Shown in pieces: positions 49,185-59,211 of a stretch of 64,000 bases of DNA. The stretch spans positions 2,016,001 through 2,080,000 of the forward strand of contig OY969763.1 of the NCBI GenBank assembly GCA_963702845.1, in the 5' to 3' direction. The DNA is from an uncultured Verrucomicrobiae bacterium (GTDB lineage Bacteria > Verrucomicrobiota > Verrucomicrobiia > Limisphaerales > Palsa-1400). Position 1 is the stretch's first letter. Each line of letters starts with the position of its first letter. Made by a program: the position numbers and the translations under genes. The notes under the pieces are model-generated. The model ran no database searches. It was not told the DNA's origin and was given only the letters and a program-made list of their open reading frames with translations.

Positions 49185-50214
49185 GTGACAGATTCATCCA
49201 CTGTGTCAGCAGCTAACATTTTGATCGATTCAAGCCAGTTTCCAGAACAGGTCCGTAGCGACTTGCTGGGCTCGTTGCGCTCGCGTCAAATCAATCACAA
49301 GTTTCACTACGATTCATATAAGCAGGCGCAAAAGTGGCTGGCGTTGCACGAGGCTTATTCACCGGCGCGGAACGATGTCGATTGCCTGCGCATTTATGGC
49401 GATGCCTTTCGTAGGGCAATTCACCGCATAAGCGGAAACGTTCACGTCATCGGTTTAGGTTGTGGCGGAGGACAGAAAGAAGCGGCGCTGTTGAAACTGT
49501 TGAAGGAACGTGGTTGTGAGGTCGCGTATTCCCCGAGTGATGTAAGCGTGGCGTTGGTGCTTACCGCTCGAGCGAACGCCTCTGGTCTCGTCGATGATAC
49601 GCAATGTTGGCCGGTAGTTTGTGACCTGGCGCAGTCGATGGATATGGAAAAGTTGTTTGCTCGAAACAGCTCCGATGCTCCTCGCGTGATTACATTTTTC
49701 GGGATGATTCCCAATTTCGAGCCGGATGTAATCTTGCCAAAGTTGCGTTTGTTGTTGCGGGCTGAGGACACCTTGCTGTTTAGCGCGAATCTCGCGCCCG
49801 GCAGAGATTACGCTGAAGGCGTGCGAAAAATCCTTCCGCAGTACGATAATAAGTTAACGAAGGATTGGTTGGTGACGTTGCTGTTGGATTTGGGCATCGA
49901 GCAGAGAGATGGCGATGTCGTGTTTTCGATCGAGGACACGAACGAACGGTCACAAACGTCTGGTTGCGGATTTTGTTTTTAGTAATGCGCGCGAGATTCG
50001 ACTCGGGAACGACCGGTTTGCGTTCAAAACAGGCGACAGAGTGCGGTTGTTTTTCTCGTATCGATATCAACCGGCGCACATTGTTGCGCTATTGGAAGGC
50101 CAGGGAATTGAGGTGCTTGATCAGTGGGTAACGGTATCACAAGAAGAAGGGGTGTTTTTGTGCCGGTTGTCAGACGGCGCGCGCGGAGCAACGCGCCTAC
50201 CTAGAAGGCTTTAA
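49185..50214 (+). CDS. Divergent EgtD-like (Methyltransf_33) SAM methyltransferase; apparent frameshift near 49942
   Basis: KFHYD, IGLGCGGGQK, DVS, FFGMIPNF, QYDN. The C-terminus (GDRVRLFFSYRY) is in the next frame after a GAAC duplication. Confidence 0.65.
50175..50200 (-). repeat. GTAG-type REP-like hairpin
   Basis: Minus strand GTAGGCGCGTTGCTCCGCGCGCGCCG, with a GGCGCG/CGCGCC stem, directly after the DHPS-like stop. Confidence 0.45.
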
Positions 50215-51088
50215 GCGTGTCCAATACGGCGCGAGTGCGGGGGACTTCGTGAGTTCGAAATAAATCAGTTTTCCCTAGGGCTGCGAGCACGGCAAAGAAT
50301 GGTTCTGCGCAGCGCACTTCTTCACGGAAATATTCGAATGCATGCGGCAAGGCGTGACAGACCGGATAGCCAAGTGAGCGCAGACGGAAGGTGTTCAGGA
50401 ACACGTTCATTTGATGGCGCACGCGAACGGCGCTGTCCTGGAGGTTGCGGTAGTAGAAGCCGAGGCCGGGGTCGATGAAGATTTTTTTGACTCCGCACTT
50501 TTCGGCTAGTTCGATCTGTCGCGAAAAATACTCGTGCATCATCTCAGTGGAATCTGCAGAGAAATCAAAATCGGCGACTTCGCGGACGTTTGCGCCTTGC
50601 ACGTAGCAGATAATGACTGCGGCGTCGTGTGCGGCGGTCATGCGATAAATTTCATCAGAGTCGAGGGAGCCGGTCAGGTTGATCACGTCGGCGCCTAGTT
50701 CAAGACAGGTGCGTGCCACTTCCGGTTGATACGTTTCGATGGAGACGAGGTGTTTGCCGGCCTTGAGCTGTTTTAGGACCGGGAGGAGTTTGCTTTGTTG
50801 TAAGGCGGAATCGAGTCGCGCAGCGTGGGAGAGGGTGGACTCGGCACCGACGTCGATGATTTGTGAGCCTTGCGCACGCATCGTGTCCGCACGTTGCGCG
50901 GAAGATTCGGTGGTCAGGCAGACGCTTTCGCGATACCAGGAGTCCGGAGACAGGTTGACGACACCCATGATCGCCGGTTGGGAGTTGAACGCGAATGGCT
51001 GGTTGCCGATGGAGAACTCTCGGACGCGGGCGGCAGCCGCGGTGCGGTTTTTCTCGAGTAGATCAGCGAGGTATTCGAGCGTCAGCAT
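50201..51088 (-). CDS. folP: Dihydropteroate synthase-like (pterin-binding TIM barrel) protein, divergent
   Basis: IMGVVNLSPDS, IIDVGAEST, IDPGLGF, FRTHEV; lacks the SRK motif. Confidence 0.65.
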   Translation of the reverse strand: MLTLEYLADLLEKNRTAAAARVREFSIGNQPFAFNSQPAIMGVVNLSPDSWYRESVCLTTESSAQRADTMRAQGSQIIDVGAESTLSHAARLDSALQQSKLLPVLKQLKAGKHLVSIETYQPEVARTCLELGADVINLTGSLDSDEIYRMTAAHDAAVIICYVQGANVREVADFDFSADSTEMMHEYFSRQIELAEKCGVKKIFIDPGLGFYYRNLQDSAVRVRHQMNVFLNTFRLRSLGYPVCHALPHAFEYFREEVRCAEPFFAVLAALGKTDLFRTHEVPRTRAVLDTLKAF

Positions 51089-51098
51089 GGAAATTATT

Positions 51099-51134
51099 TA
51101 ACCGCAAAGAACGCATAGATACAAAGAATAGAAA
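51099..51134 (+). repeat. Short purine-rich dispersed repeat (TAACCGCAAAGAACGCA...)
   Basis: 17 nt identical to the minus-strand sequence at 16955-16971, inside the TIGR01777 gene. Confidence 0.55.
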
Positions 51135-51172
51135 GTGCATTCTGTCTGCGCTCAATCTATCTCTCTGGCGAA

Positions 51173-52585
51173 TTAATGTTTTGCGTTTGCCGTTTGCCAG
51201 CCGCCGCCGAGAGCGCGGTAAAGTTGGACGGCGGCGAGGTATTGGTTGAGGCGGTTCTGCAACAGGGCGCGTTCGGTGGGGAAAAGCTGTTGCTGCTGCT
51301 GCAGAACTTCGTAGTAGTTGGATTTGCCGAGGCGATAGCGTTCCAATGCAAGGCGCAGGGCTTCTTTGTAGGCGTCCACGGCACGAGCCTGGGCGACGGC
51401 GGCTTCCGCGGATTTTTGACGAGCGATCAAGGAGTTTGAGACATCCTGAAAGGCGCGCACGATTGTGTATTGATATTGCACAGCGGCCTGGTTGCGGATG
51501 TCTAGCGTCTCCCGATGACGAGCTCGCAAGCGGCCCCCCTGGAAAATCGGGCCGGTCACGCTCGCGCCCACGGACCATGCGAAACCTGCGCCGCCGGTGA
51601 ATGAAGACAAGTTCGTGCTGGCTTGTCCGATCAAACTGGTGAGATTTAGATTTGGGAAGAAATCGGCGACAGCGACGCCGACCTGGGCGTTGGCGGCACG
51701 GAGTTGAAATTCAGCGGTGCGAATGTCGGGGCGACGTTCAAGCAATGAGGACGGGAGGCCGGGGGGAACTTCTGGAGGTGCTTCAGCGTTCCAATTTGAA
51801 GTGCGAGCGATCGGGCCGGGGTTTTGGCCGATGAGAACACTAATAAGATTTTCTTCGAAAAAGATTTGTTGTTCGAGTGCGGGAATCAACGCGGCGTTGG
51901 CATCGAGCAGCGCTTGCGCGGCCATAGTCTCAAGTTTTGTTCCGATGCCGCCAGTCAGACGTCGAGTGAAAATGCGCGCGCTCTCCGCAAATGAATTCGT
52001 CGTGTCGCGGGCAATTTGAAGATCGCGGTCAAGAGCAACGAGTTGAAGGTAATTTGCCGCAACCTGGGCGATCAGTGAGACCGTGATGTCGTGGCGCGCC
52101 TCGTCGGTGGCGAGGTATTGTGCGCGCGCTTCTTCGGTCAGGCGGCGAACACGTCCCCAGACGTCGATTTCCCACGAGAGGTTGGCGTCGGCACCAAGAA
52201 AGCCGACGGTGTGCGCGGTTGGCGTGATGGAATTGCCGACTCCAATAGCATTCTTACCTTTGGCGGCCGCGCCGATGTAATTGATTTGCGGGAAAAGACC
52301 GGCGCGATTTTCGGCGATGATTTCGCGCGCCTGCTCAACTCGTGCGACAGCGATGCGCAAGTCGTAGTTATTGGTGAGCGCGATGCAGATGAGATGTTGC
52401 AGTTGCTCGTCGTGGAACACTTTCCACCACGGCAGATCGCCGAAGGAGTTGGTGACGGTTTCGGTTGAACCGCGAAATGTTGCCGGAGTGTTAACCTTCG
52501 GACGTTTGTAATCAGGACCGACGGCACAACCCCCAATGAGTAGCAACGCGAACAGGAACTGGATATAGCGGGATTTCATCTTCAA
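51173..52585 (-). CDS. RND efflux outer membrane factor lipoprotein (NodT/OprM family)
   Basis: Lipobox GGC-AVGPDYKRP, WEIDVWGRVRR, LLERRPDI, LYRALGGGW. Confidence 0.9.
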   Translation of the reverse strand: MKMKSRYIQFLFALLLIGGCAVGPDYKRPKVNTPATFRGSTETVTNSFGDLPWWKVFHDEQLQHLICIALTNNYDLRIAVARVEQAREIIAENRAGLFPQINYIGAAAKGKNAIGVGNSITPTAHTVGFLGADANLSWEIDVWGRVRRLTEEARAQYLATDEARHDITVSLIAQVAANYLQLVALDRDLQIARDTTNSFAESARIFTRRLTGGIGTKLETMAAQALLDANAALIPALEQQIFFEENLISVLIGQNPGPIARTSNWNAEAPPEVPPGLPSSLLERRPDIRTAEFQLRAANAQVGVAVADFFPNLNLTSLIGQASTNLSSFTGGAGFAWSVGASVTGPIFQGGRLRARHRETLDIRNQAAVQYQYTIVRAFQDVSNSLIARQKSAEAAVAQARAVDAYKEALRLALERYRLGKSNYYEVLQQQQQLFPTERALLQNRLNQYLAAVQLYRALGGGWQTANAKH

Positions 52586-52589
52586 GGTC

Positions 52590-55500
52590 TTAATCTACGG
52601 GTTTTTGCGTGCCGGCTCGTTTATGGCGGACGCGAGCCACAATTTTTTCCACGGCAGCAAACGTTACCGGAACCAGCAGGGTGTCGACAAGTGTCGCCCC
52701 TAACATTCCGCCGATGACAACGGTGCCGAGGGTTTTACGGGAAATAGCGCCGGAACCGGAGGCCAACCACAAGGGCATACAACCCAAAATGAATGCCAAC
52801 GACGTCATCAAAATTGGCCGCAAGCGGATGCGCGCACCCTCTAACGCGGCGTGGAAAACATCTTTGCCACGTTGCTCGTACTCGGTTTTCGCAAAGGAGA
52901 CGATCAGGATGGCGTTTTTCGCAGCGAGACCGATCAGCATGACCAAGCCGATCTGCGCATAAATATTGTTTTGGAAGTCGCGGATCGTCAGCGCCAGGAA
53001 TGCACCGAGGATGGCGGTGGGCGTTCCGAGCAGAACGCTGAAGGGCAGGGACCAGCTTTCAAATTGTGCCGCGAGAATCAGGAACACACAGGCAAGGGAA
53101 AGCGTGAATACCTGCCACGTCTTGACGCCTTCGGCAGCTTGCTTTTCCTGGAAGGACATGCCGAAGTAGCCGAAGCCCATGTCTTGAGGCATGGTTTGCG
53201 CGAAGACTTTTTCGAGTTCATCGTTGGCTTGTTGAGAGCTAATGCCCGAGGCCGCCGTTCCGTTGATTTGAGCGACCGGAAATTCGTTGAAGTGCATGAT
53301 GAACTCAGGACCAAACTTGCGTTGAACTGTGGCGAAGGCGGACAACGGCACGCTTTGGCCATTGTTATTGCGGACGTAGAAGAACCGAATGTCGTCCGGG
53401 CTGCGTCGATATTCGTCTTCAGCTTCAACATAGACCTGCCATTGGCGGCCGAAGCGGTTGAAGTAGTTAACGAAGGCGCCACCGAGGTATGCTTGTAACG
53501 TTCGATAAACCTCGCTCAGCGGCACGCCTTGCTTGAGCGCTTTGTCGCGGTCCACTTTGACATACAACTGCGGCACACTCGGGAGAAATGTCGTGCTGAG
53601 ACCGGTAAGAATATTGGTGTGCTTTTTGGCTTCAGCCATGAACTTGTCGAGATTCTGTTTCAGATAAGTTAAATCCTGCCGGCCAGATTTATCTTCGAGC
53701 ATGAACGTAAAACCGCCTGATGTTCCGACGCCGGGAATGGCTGGTGGCGAAAATGCGAAGGCTTGTGCTTCGGGAAGTTTGCCGAGTTCGGTTTTAATTT
53801 TATCGCGGATGGCAGAATATTGTTCTTCAGGCTTCGTGCGTTCGCCCCACGGCTGGAGGGTGACAAAGAAGAAGCAATTATAAGTCGCCTGCACCTGGCT
53901 CAGGAGACTGAAACCTTCGACCGTTGTGACGTAGCGGACACCTGGAATCTTCTGGATGATGTTCTCGATTTGTTTTGCGACGGCGTCGGTGCGCTCCAAT
54001 GAAGCGGCCTGCGGGAGGGTTGCCATTGCGAAGGCGTAGCCTTGATCTTCTTCAGGGACGAAGGCCTTGGGCAATCGTGAGCCCATAAAGACTGCCACGC
54101 CGCCGATCATCAAAAGAAAAATCAACGCGATGGTTGTCTTGCGCACGAGCGCGCCACTGACGCGCATGTATTCGTGCTGGGTGCGATCGAACACCCGGTT
54201 GAACCAATCGTAGAATTTTTGCAACGGTTTCGGCGCTTTGTATTCGCCGTGTTGGCGCAGCAACATGGCCGCAAGCGCCGGGCTCAAGGACATGGCGTTG
54301 AAGGCGGAGAGAAAAACCGAAATCACGATCGTCATCGCGAATTGTTGGTAAAGGCGGCCGGTGATGCCTGCAATAAACACCGTAGGAATAAAGACGGCAG
54401 CGAGAATCAGCGCCAGCGCGACCACCGGTCCGGCGACCTCGTGCATCGCGCAAAGTGCCGCTTCCTTTGAATCCATGCCAGCGTCGATGTGACGTTGGGT
54501 TGCTTCGACAACAACAATGGCGTCATCGACGACCAGACCGATGGCGAGCACCAGCCCGAAGAGCGACAAGGTGTTGATTGAAAAACCGAATAACGGGAAG
54601 AATGCGAACGTTCCGATGAGCGCGACTGGAATGGCGAGCAGGGGAATAATGGACGCGCGCCAGCCTTGCAGGAAGACGAAGACGACGATCACGACGAGGA
54701 CGAGCGCAATCCAAAACGTCTTCATGATTTCGTCCACACCGGCTGAAACGGCTTTCGTTGTGTCCAGCGATACGACGTACTCAAGATCGGACGGAAACGC
54801 TTTTTTGAGTTGATCCATCAACTTGGTCACTTCTTTGGCATCGTCGAGAGCGTTGGAGCCGGGCAATTGATAAATCGCCAACACCGCGGATGGGCGACCA
54901 TTGATTTTGCCAACGATACTATAAGTCTGTGATCCAAGCTCAATGCGCGCGACGTCTTTCAAACGCACCATCGAACCATCGGGATTGGCGCGCACGACAA
55001 TGTTGCCGAACTCCTCTTCCGTGACGAGACGGCTTTGCGCAGTGACCGTGTATGTGAATTCTTGTCCTTTCGGTGTTGGTGGGCCGCCGATTTGACCGGC
55101 GGGATTGACCGTGTTCTGCGCGTTAACGGCGTTGATGATGTCACTAACTGTGATGTTAAGCTTGGCCAGGTGGTCTGGCTTGACCCAATAACGCATTGCA
55201 TACTGTCCTGCTCCGAAGACGAACACATCCGAGATGCCTTTCAATTGTAGAACTCGATCAACGATGTTGATGTAAGCGTAATTGGCCAAAAACGTTCCGT
55301 CATGCGTTCCGTTCGGCGAAAGCAAACCAACGAGCATTAATGGGCTGGTCGGCGACTTGCGAAGTTGTGCGCCGAAATTGCGAACGTCGGCGGGTAGAGT
55401 TGGCTCTGCTTGATTGTAACGCAACTGCGTCAACATCTGGTCAATGTTCGGATCGCTTTTGACGTCGAAGTTCACGCCCATGCGCATCTGACCGTTGTTC

Positions 55501-55748
55501 GCGCTGATTGTGTACATGTAGTTCAAACCCTCGACACCGGCCATTTGCTCCTCAATCGGAGTGGCAACAGATTCGGCGAGCGTTTGCGCGTCAGCGCCCG
55601 GATAAGTTGTCGTCAGGCGCATTTCCGGCGGGACGATTTGCGGGAACTGCGCGACTGGCAACGTGAACATCGAAATGCCGCCGATGATCACCATGAGAAT
55701 GGCGATGACCATCGCGACAATCGGACGATTAATGAAGAAGCGATACAT
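52590..55748 (-). CDS. RND efflux permease (HAE1, AcrB/MexB family)
   Basis: FFINRPIVA, GLVVDDAIVVVE, GLAAKNAILIV, RLRPILMTSLAF. Confidence 0.95.
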   Translation of the reverse strand: MYRFFINRPIVAMVIAILMVIIGGISMFTLPVAQFPQIVPPEMRLTTTYPGADAQTLAESVATPIEEQMAGVEGLNYMYTISANNGQMRMGVNFDVKSDPNIDQMLTQLRYNQAEPTLPADVRNFGAQLRKSPTSPLMLVGLLSPNGTHDGTFLANYAYINIVDRVLQLKGISDVFVFGAGQYAMRYWVKPDHLAKLNITVSDIINAVNAQNTVNPAGQIGGPPTPKGQEFTYTVTAQSRLVTEEEFGNIVVRANPDGSMVRLKDVARIELGSQTYSIVGKINGRPSAVLAIYQLPGSNALDDAKEVTKLMDQLKKAFPSDLEYVVSLDTTKAVSAGVDEIMKTFWIALVLVVIVVFVFLQGWRASIIPLLAIPVALIGTFAFFPLFGFSINTLSLFGLVLAIGLVVDDAIVVVEATQRHIDAGMDSKEAALCAMHEVAGPVVALALILAAVFIPTVFIAGITGRLYQQFAMTIVISVFLSAFNAMSLSPALAAMLLRQHGEYKAPKPLQKFYDWFNRVFDRTQHEYMRVSGALVRKTTIALIFLLMIGGVAVFMGSRLPKAFVPEEDQGYAFAMATLPQAASLERTDAVAKQIENIIQKIPGVRYVTTVEGFSLLSQVQATYNCFFFVTLQPWGERTKPEEQYSAIRDKIKTELGKLPEAQAFAFSPPAIPGVGTSGGFTFMLEDKSGRQDLTYLKQNLDKFMAEAKKHTNILTGLSTTFLPSVPQLYVKVDRDKALKQGVPLSEVYRTLQAYLGGAFVNYFNRFGRQWQVYVEAEDEYRRSPDDIRFFYVRNNNGQSVPLSAFATVQRKFGPEFIMHFNEFPVAQINGTAASGISSQQANDELEKVFAQTMPQDMGFGYFGMSFQEKQAAEGVKTWQVFTLSLACVFLILAAQFESWSLPFSVLLGTPTAILGAFLALTIRDFQNNIYAQIGLVMLIGLAAKNAILIVSFAKTEYEQRGKDVFHAALEGARIRLRPILMTSLAFILGCMPLWLASGSGAISRKTLGTVVIGGMLGATLVDTLLVPVTFAAVEKIVARVRHKRAGTQKPVD

Positions 55749-56906
55749 CTACTTTGTTGCCTGATTGGCGGCTGGTTGGTCCGCAGTGCTGTTCGAAACG
55801 AACGGCTCTGGGTTAACGACTGTTCCTTCCTTCGCTTTATCAACACCCTCAACAACGAGACGTTCGCCGGGTGCGAGGCCTTGCTCGACGACAATATTGC
55901 TTCCTATCGCTTCTCGGGCAGTAACTGGCTTCACATGGGCTTTGTTATCGTCACCGATGACAGAGACCTGGACTGTGCCTTGCAGCTCAGTTATGGCACG
56001 TTGTGGAATCAGGAAGACGTTGGTTCTGATTTGCGTTTGAGCGCGAATGCGAGCGTACTGGCCGGGACGCAGCAGGAGATTCGGGTTAGGGAAGAGCCCG
56101 CCGATTTGCAAGGTTCCGGTTGTTGGATTTACAGAGCGATCAGCGATGTAGAACTTGCCCTTGTATGGAAATACGGAATTGTCGCTTAGGATTAGCTGCA
56201 AGGGCAATTGATTGGTGTCGGCGTTTTCCGAATCAAGAAAACGGCGCCAATACTCCAAATACGATCGTTCGTTGACGGGGAAGTATACGCGGATGGGATT
56301 AATCGAAGAAGCTATGGTGAGCGCGTTGGCGTTCGGTCCGACAAGGTCGCCGATCTGCGAGAGAGCAAATCCAGCGATGCCGTTAATAGGCGATGTGATT
56401 TTTGTGAAACTAAGGTTGAGTTCGGCATTGGTAACCGCGGCACGGTCGGCTTTGACTTGAGCCATGGCGGCGAGATTAGCCTGGATTGCATTGTCGAGGT
56501 CCTCCTGGCTGACGGCCTGCTCTTTGGCCAGTGGCGTGTAACGTTGCACATCCAGTTCCGTTTTATGCAATTCCGCCTCGTCTTGCGCGAGTTTGGCTTC
56601 CGCTTGTCCAAGGACTGCCTGGAACGGACGAGGATCAATTTCAAAAAGCAACTGACCCTTCTGAACCACTGTGCCTTCTTTGTAATTTTGCGAAAGCAGA
56701 TAGCCGGATACCTGAGCGCGGATTTGGGCATTGACGGCTCCGTCAAGTGTGCCAATCCATTCCTGCGTGATGGCTACATTCGTTGGCGAAACGGTGATGA
56801 ACTGCACGACTGCCGGAGCGGGAGGTGGTGGTTGTTTCTTACTACAGCCGGAGAGAACTGCGAATGCTGCCGCCACAACAATCCCAGCGAAGAATTTCGT
56901 ATTCAA
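55749..56906 (-). CDS. RND efflux periplasmic adaptor (MFP) lipoprotein
   Basis: Lipobox LSGC, IRAQVSGYL, LFEIDPRPF, TKITSPING, LLRPGQY. Confidence 0.92.
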   Translation of the reverse strand: MNTKFFAGIVVAAAFAVLSGCSKKQPPPPAPAVVQFITVSPTNVAITQEWIGTLDGAVNAQIRAQVSGYLLSQNYKEGTVVQKGQLLFEIDPRPFQAVLGQAEAKLAQDEAELHKTELDVQRYTPLAKEQAVSQEDLDNAIQANLAAMAQVKADRAAVTNAELNLSFTKITSPINGIAGFALSQIGDLVGPNANALTIASSINPIRVYFPVNERSYLEYWRRFLDSENADTNQLPLQLILSDNSVFPYKGKFYIADRSVNPTTGTLQIGGLFPNPNLLLRPGQYARIRAQTQIRTNVFLIPQRAITELQGTVQVSVIGDDNKAHVKPVTAREAIGSNIVVEQGLAPGERLVVEGVDKAKEGTVVNPEPFVSNSTADQPAANQATK

Positions 56907-56997
56907 AACACCAATTTTCTTTGTGGATGAAAAATGTCAACTCCAAGTTGATTTAAAAATTTCCACAACTGACTGCCGTCGAGGTAAATGAGGGAAG

Positions 56998-57074
56998 TGG
57001 CGCGCCCGGCGCGATTCGAACGCGCGACCCTCTGCTTAGAAGGCAGATGCTCTATCCAACTGAGCTACGGGCGC
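56998..57074 (-). tRNA. tRNA-Arg (anticodon TCT)
   Basis: GCGCCCG-TAGCTCAGTTGGATAGAGC-A-TCTGC-CTTCTAA-GCAGA...GTTCGAATC...CGGGCGC-G-CCA; 77 nt. Confidence 0.97.
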
Positions 57075-57196
57075 AACAACGCTTTGTGAAAAGCGGATTC
57101 ACTATGCGCTTTTTCGTCGGAAAGGCAAATCTACAAAAGTTGTAGGTACCTAAGCTACAAGAATACAGCTATTTCAATTACTCGTCTGCAATTTAG

Positions 57197-57226
57197 TTGA
57201 CGGTGTAAAAATTTAGTCTCATAACT
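57197..57226 (+). promoter_or_regulatory. Candidate sigma-70 promoter of the lectin-peptidase gene
   Basis: TTGACG-17 nt-CATAAC. Confidence 0.35.
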
Positions 57227-57264
57227 CTCACGTCCCCCCGAAAACCGCAGAAAACAAAACCATT

Positions 57265-58977
57265 ATGAAAAGTTACGTACTCTACCAATCGTATAAATCA
57301 CTCACCTCGTCAAAAATCTGGCAAAAATTATTCGTCGCAGGCGTTTTCGCTTTCGGCGTTTTGTCTACTCACGCAGCGTGCGGACACGCCGATAATTTTT
57401 CACACTCATACCCGGCCTATGACGCGACGTGGTCGCAAGATGACTGTGAACAGTATGCCGCCAGCGGCATCGGGCATTGTTACAATTTTGGCGGCGATGC
57501 CGGGTGGGGTGGCTCGATCGAAGGTGTCGATTGTTCCGCGTATTGCTCCCGTGTATGGGCTATTCCAGGCCATATCGGCCAAACGGTTACTGGTGCGCAT
57601 CCTTACAGCACTTATTCGTGGTATCCAAATGACGGTTCAATACCCACTCCGCCTGCGCACACTCACTTCGTAACCGTAAACAGCATCCAAGATATTCAGC
57701 CGTACGATTGCTTCGTTGTGAACGCGAACTTCGGCAATCTCGGAATTCATCACATGGGTCTGATCGAAAGCATCGACTATGAGGGTGGCGTTATTTATAC
57801 GCGCGAAGCCAATTGTTCCACTCAACCCACCAGCGGATGCGACGGCCCAGACGGCATCCACGACAAGGCATGGAACTATTCAACGCTCCTGGGAGGCGGT
57901 GCAGCCCGCATCATTCGCCGCAACGATTGGGGCGCGAGCACGAATAAATCCACCGTGGGTCCGATCGCCAGGAATTCAAACGGCGCACTGGATATGTTTG
58001 GCATCGGTAGCGATACCGCCGTCTGGCACGACGTTCAGGCAGGTCCCAACGGGAGTTGGAATGGATGGGCCACCCTGAATCAAACAGGTTCTGTTCCCGG
58101 TTGTGCCGCCACACGGAATCTGGACGGCCGTCTCGAAGTCTACGCCGTTGGTTCCGGCAAGAATGTCATGCGCAAAAATCAAACGGCCGTCGGTGGTAGT
58201 TGGAGTTCCTGGTCCAGCCTCGGTGGAACCGGCACGACCAATTTGCAAGTGATCACCAACCTCGATGGACGCATCGAACTGTTCGGCATCGGCACCAATG
58301 GCGATGTCTGGCACACCTGGCAATCGTCCGCCAACGGTAGTTTTGTCGGTAGTTGGTTCGATCGCGTTGGCAAGAAGATTAACCCAGGTTATGTCGTGGC
58401 CATGAATGCCGACGGAACGTTGGAGCTTTTCGGCGTCGCGAGCGATACGCACGTCTGGCACAACTATCAGACTAATGCCGGCAGCGGTTGGAAAGGGTGG
58501 TCTGATTTAGGCGGCACGAGTATGAACGCGCGCCTGGCTGTCGCAAAAGACGAAGACGGTCGCCTGGAAGTATTTGCCATCGGCAGCAACTCCGATATCT
58601 GGGTAAATTTCCAAACATCGCCGGGAGGAAGTTATAGCGGATGGTTTGACTTGGGCGGCAATGGAACCAAAGCCGGGTTTGTCGTTGGAATCAACGCCAC
58701 TGGTCGGCTTGAGATGTTTGGCGTGGGCAGCAATTCAGATCTCTGGCATTCGATCCAGACTACCCCCGGTGGTGGTTGGACACCGTGGAGGGACATGGGG
58801 CAAGCCGGTTTAAACCGTCAACTGCTGCTCGGTAACAATGCCGATGGCCGGTTGCAAGTCTTCGGCATTGGCTCCAACGGTCACGTCATGTCGAACTTCC
58901 AACTCACTCCTGGCGGGTCATGGTTCGGTTGGCTCGACATGGCTGGCGCGGGCACGAAGTTTTATTACGGGCAGTAG
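57265..58977 (+). CDS. Secreted protein: NlpC/P60-like Cys-His domain + seven-bladed PLL-type lectin beta-propeller
   Basis: Signal peptide; GVDCSAYCSRVW and HHMGLI; seven repeats of N.DGRLE.FG.GS...VWH..Q...G.W.GW..LGG. Confidence 0.72.
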   Translation: MKSYVLYQSYKSLTSSKIWQKLFVAGVFAFGVLSTHAACGHADNFSHSYPAYDATWSQDDCEQYAASGIGHCYNFGGDAGWGGSIEGVDCSAYCSRVWAIPGHIGQTVTGAHPYSTYSWYPNDGSIPTPPAHTHFVTVNSIQDIQPYDCFVVNANFGNLGIHHMGLIESIDYEGGVIYTREANCSTQPTSGCDGPDGIHDKAWNYSTLLGGGAARIIRRNDWGASTNKSTVGPIARNSNGALDMFGIGSDTAVWHDVQAGPNGSWNGWATLNQTGSVPGCAATRNLDGRLEVYAVGSGKNVMRKNQTAVGGSWSSWSSLGGTGTTNLQVITNLDGRIELFGIGTNGDVWHTWQSSANGSFVGSWFDRVGKKINPGYVVAMNADGTLELFGVASDTHVWHNYQTNAGSGWKGWSDLGGTSMNARLAVAKDEDGRLEVFAIGSNSDIWVNFQTSPGGSYSGWFDLGGNGTKAGFVVGINATGRLEMFGVGSNSDLWHSIQTTPGGGWTPWRDMGQAGLNRQLLLGNNADGRLQVFGIGSNGHVMSNFQLTPGGSWFGWLDMAGAGTKFYYGQ

Positions 58978-58999
58978 AATCAAACTGCCTCTGGTTTTG

Positions 59000-59043
59000 C
59001 CGGCGCTGCGCTGAAGAGAGAAAAGCTTTTCAGTCAGCGCCGG
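59000..59043. terminator. Stem-loop downstream of the lectin gene (possible terminator or repeat)
   Basis: CCGGCGCTG/CAGCGCCGG outer stem with an inner CTGAA/TTCAG. Confidence 0.35.
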
Positions 59044-59211
59044 TATGAGCCCTCTCTGGCTTCAGGTTGTTGCATAAATATCTTAAGGCGTGGCTTGGGA
59101 ATATATGAGTGCATGAAGCGATTTGCCACCTATAAGCCTTAAGGGGTTTGACTATCTTTTTTTTTACCTTTCCAAGAGTAACGTCGCTAGTGAGGGGGCG
59201 GGCACTAGCAT

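Noticed and set aside
51173..58977. Genomic island or prophage integrated at tRNA-Arg
   Set aside because: No integrase, and I found no duplicated tRNA 3' end in the window.
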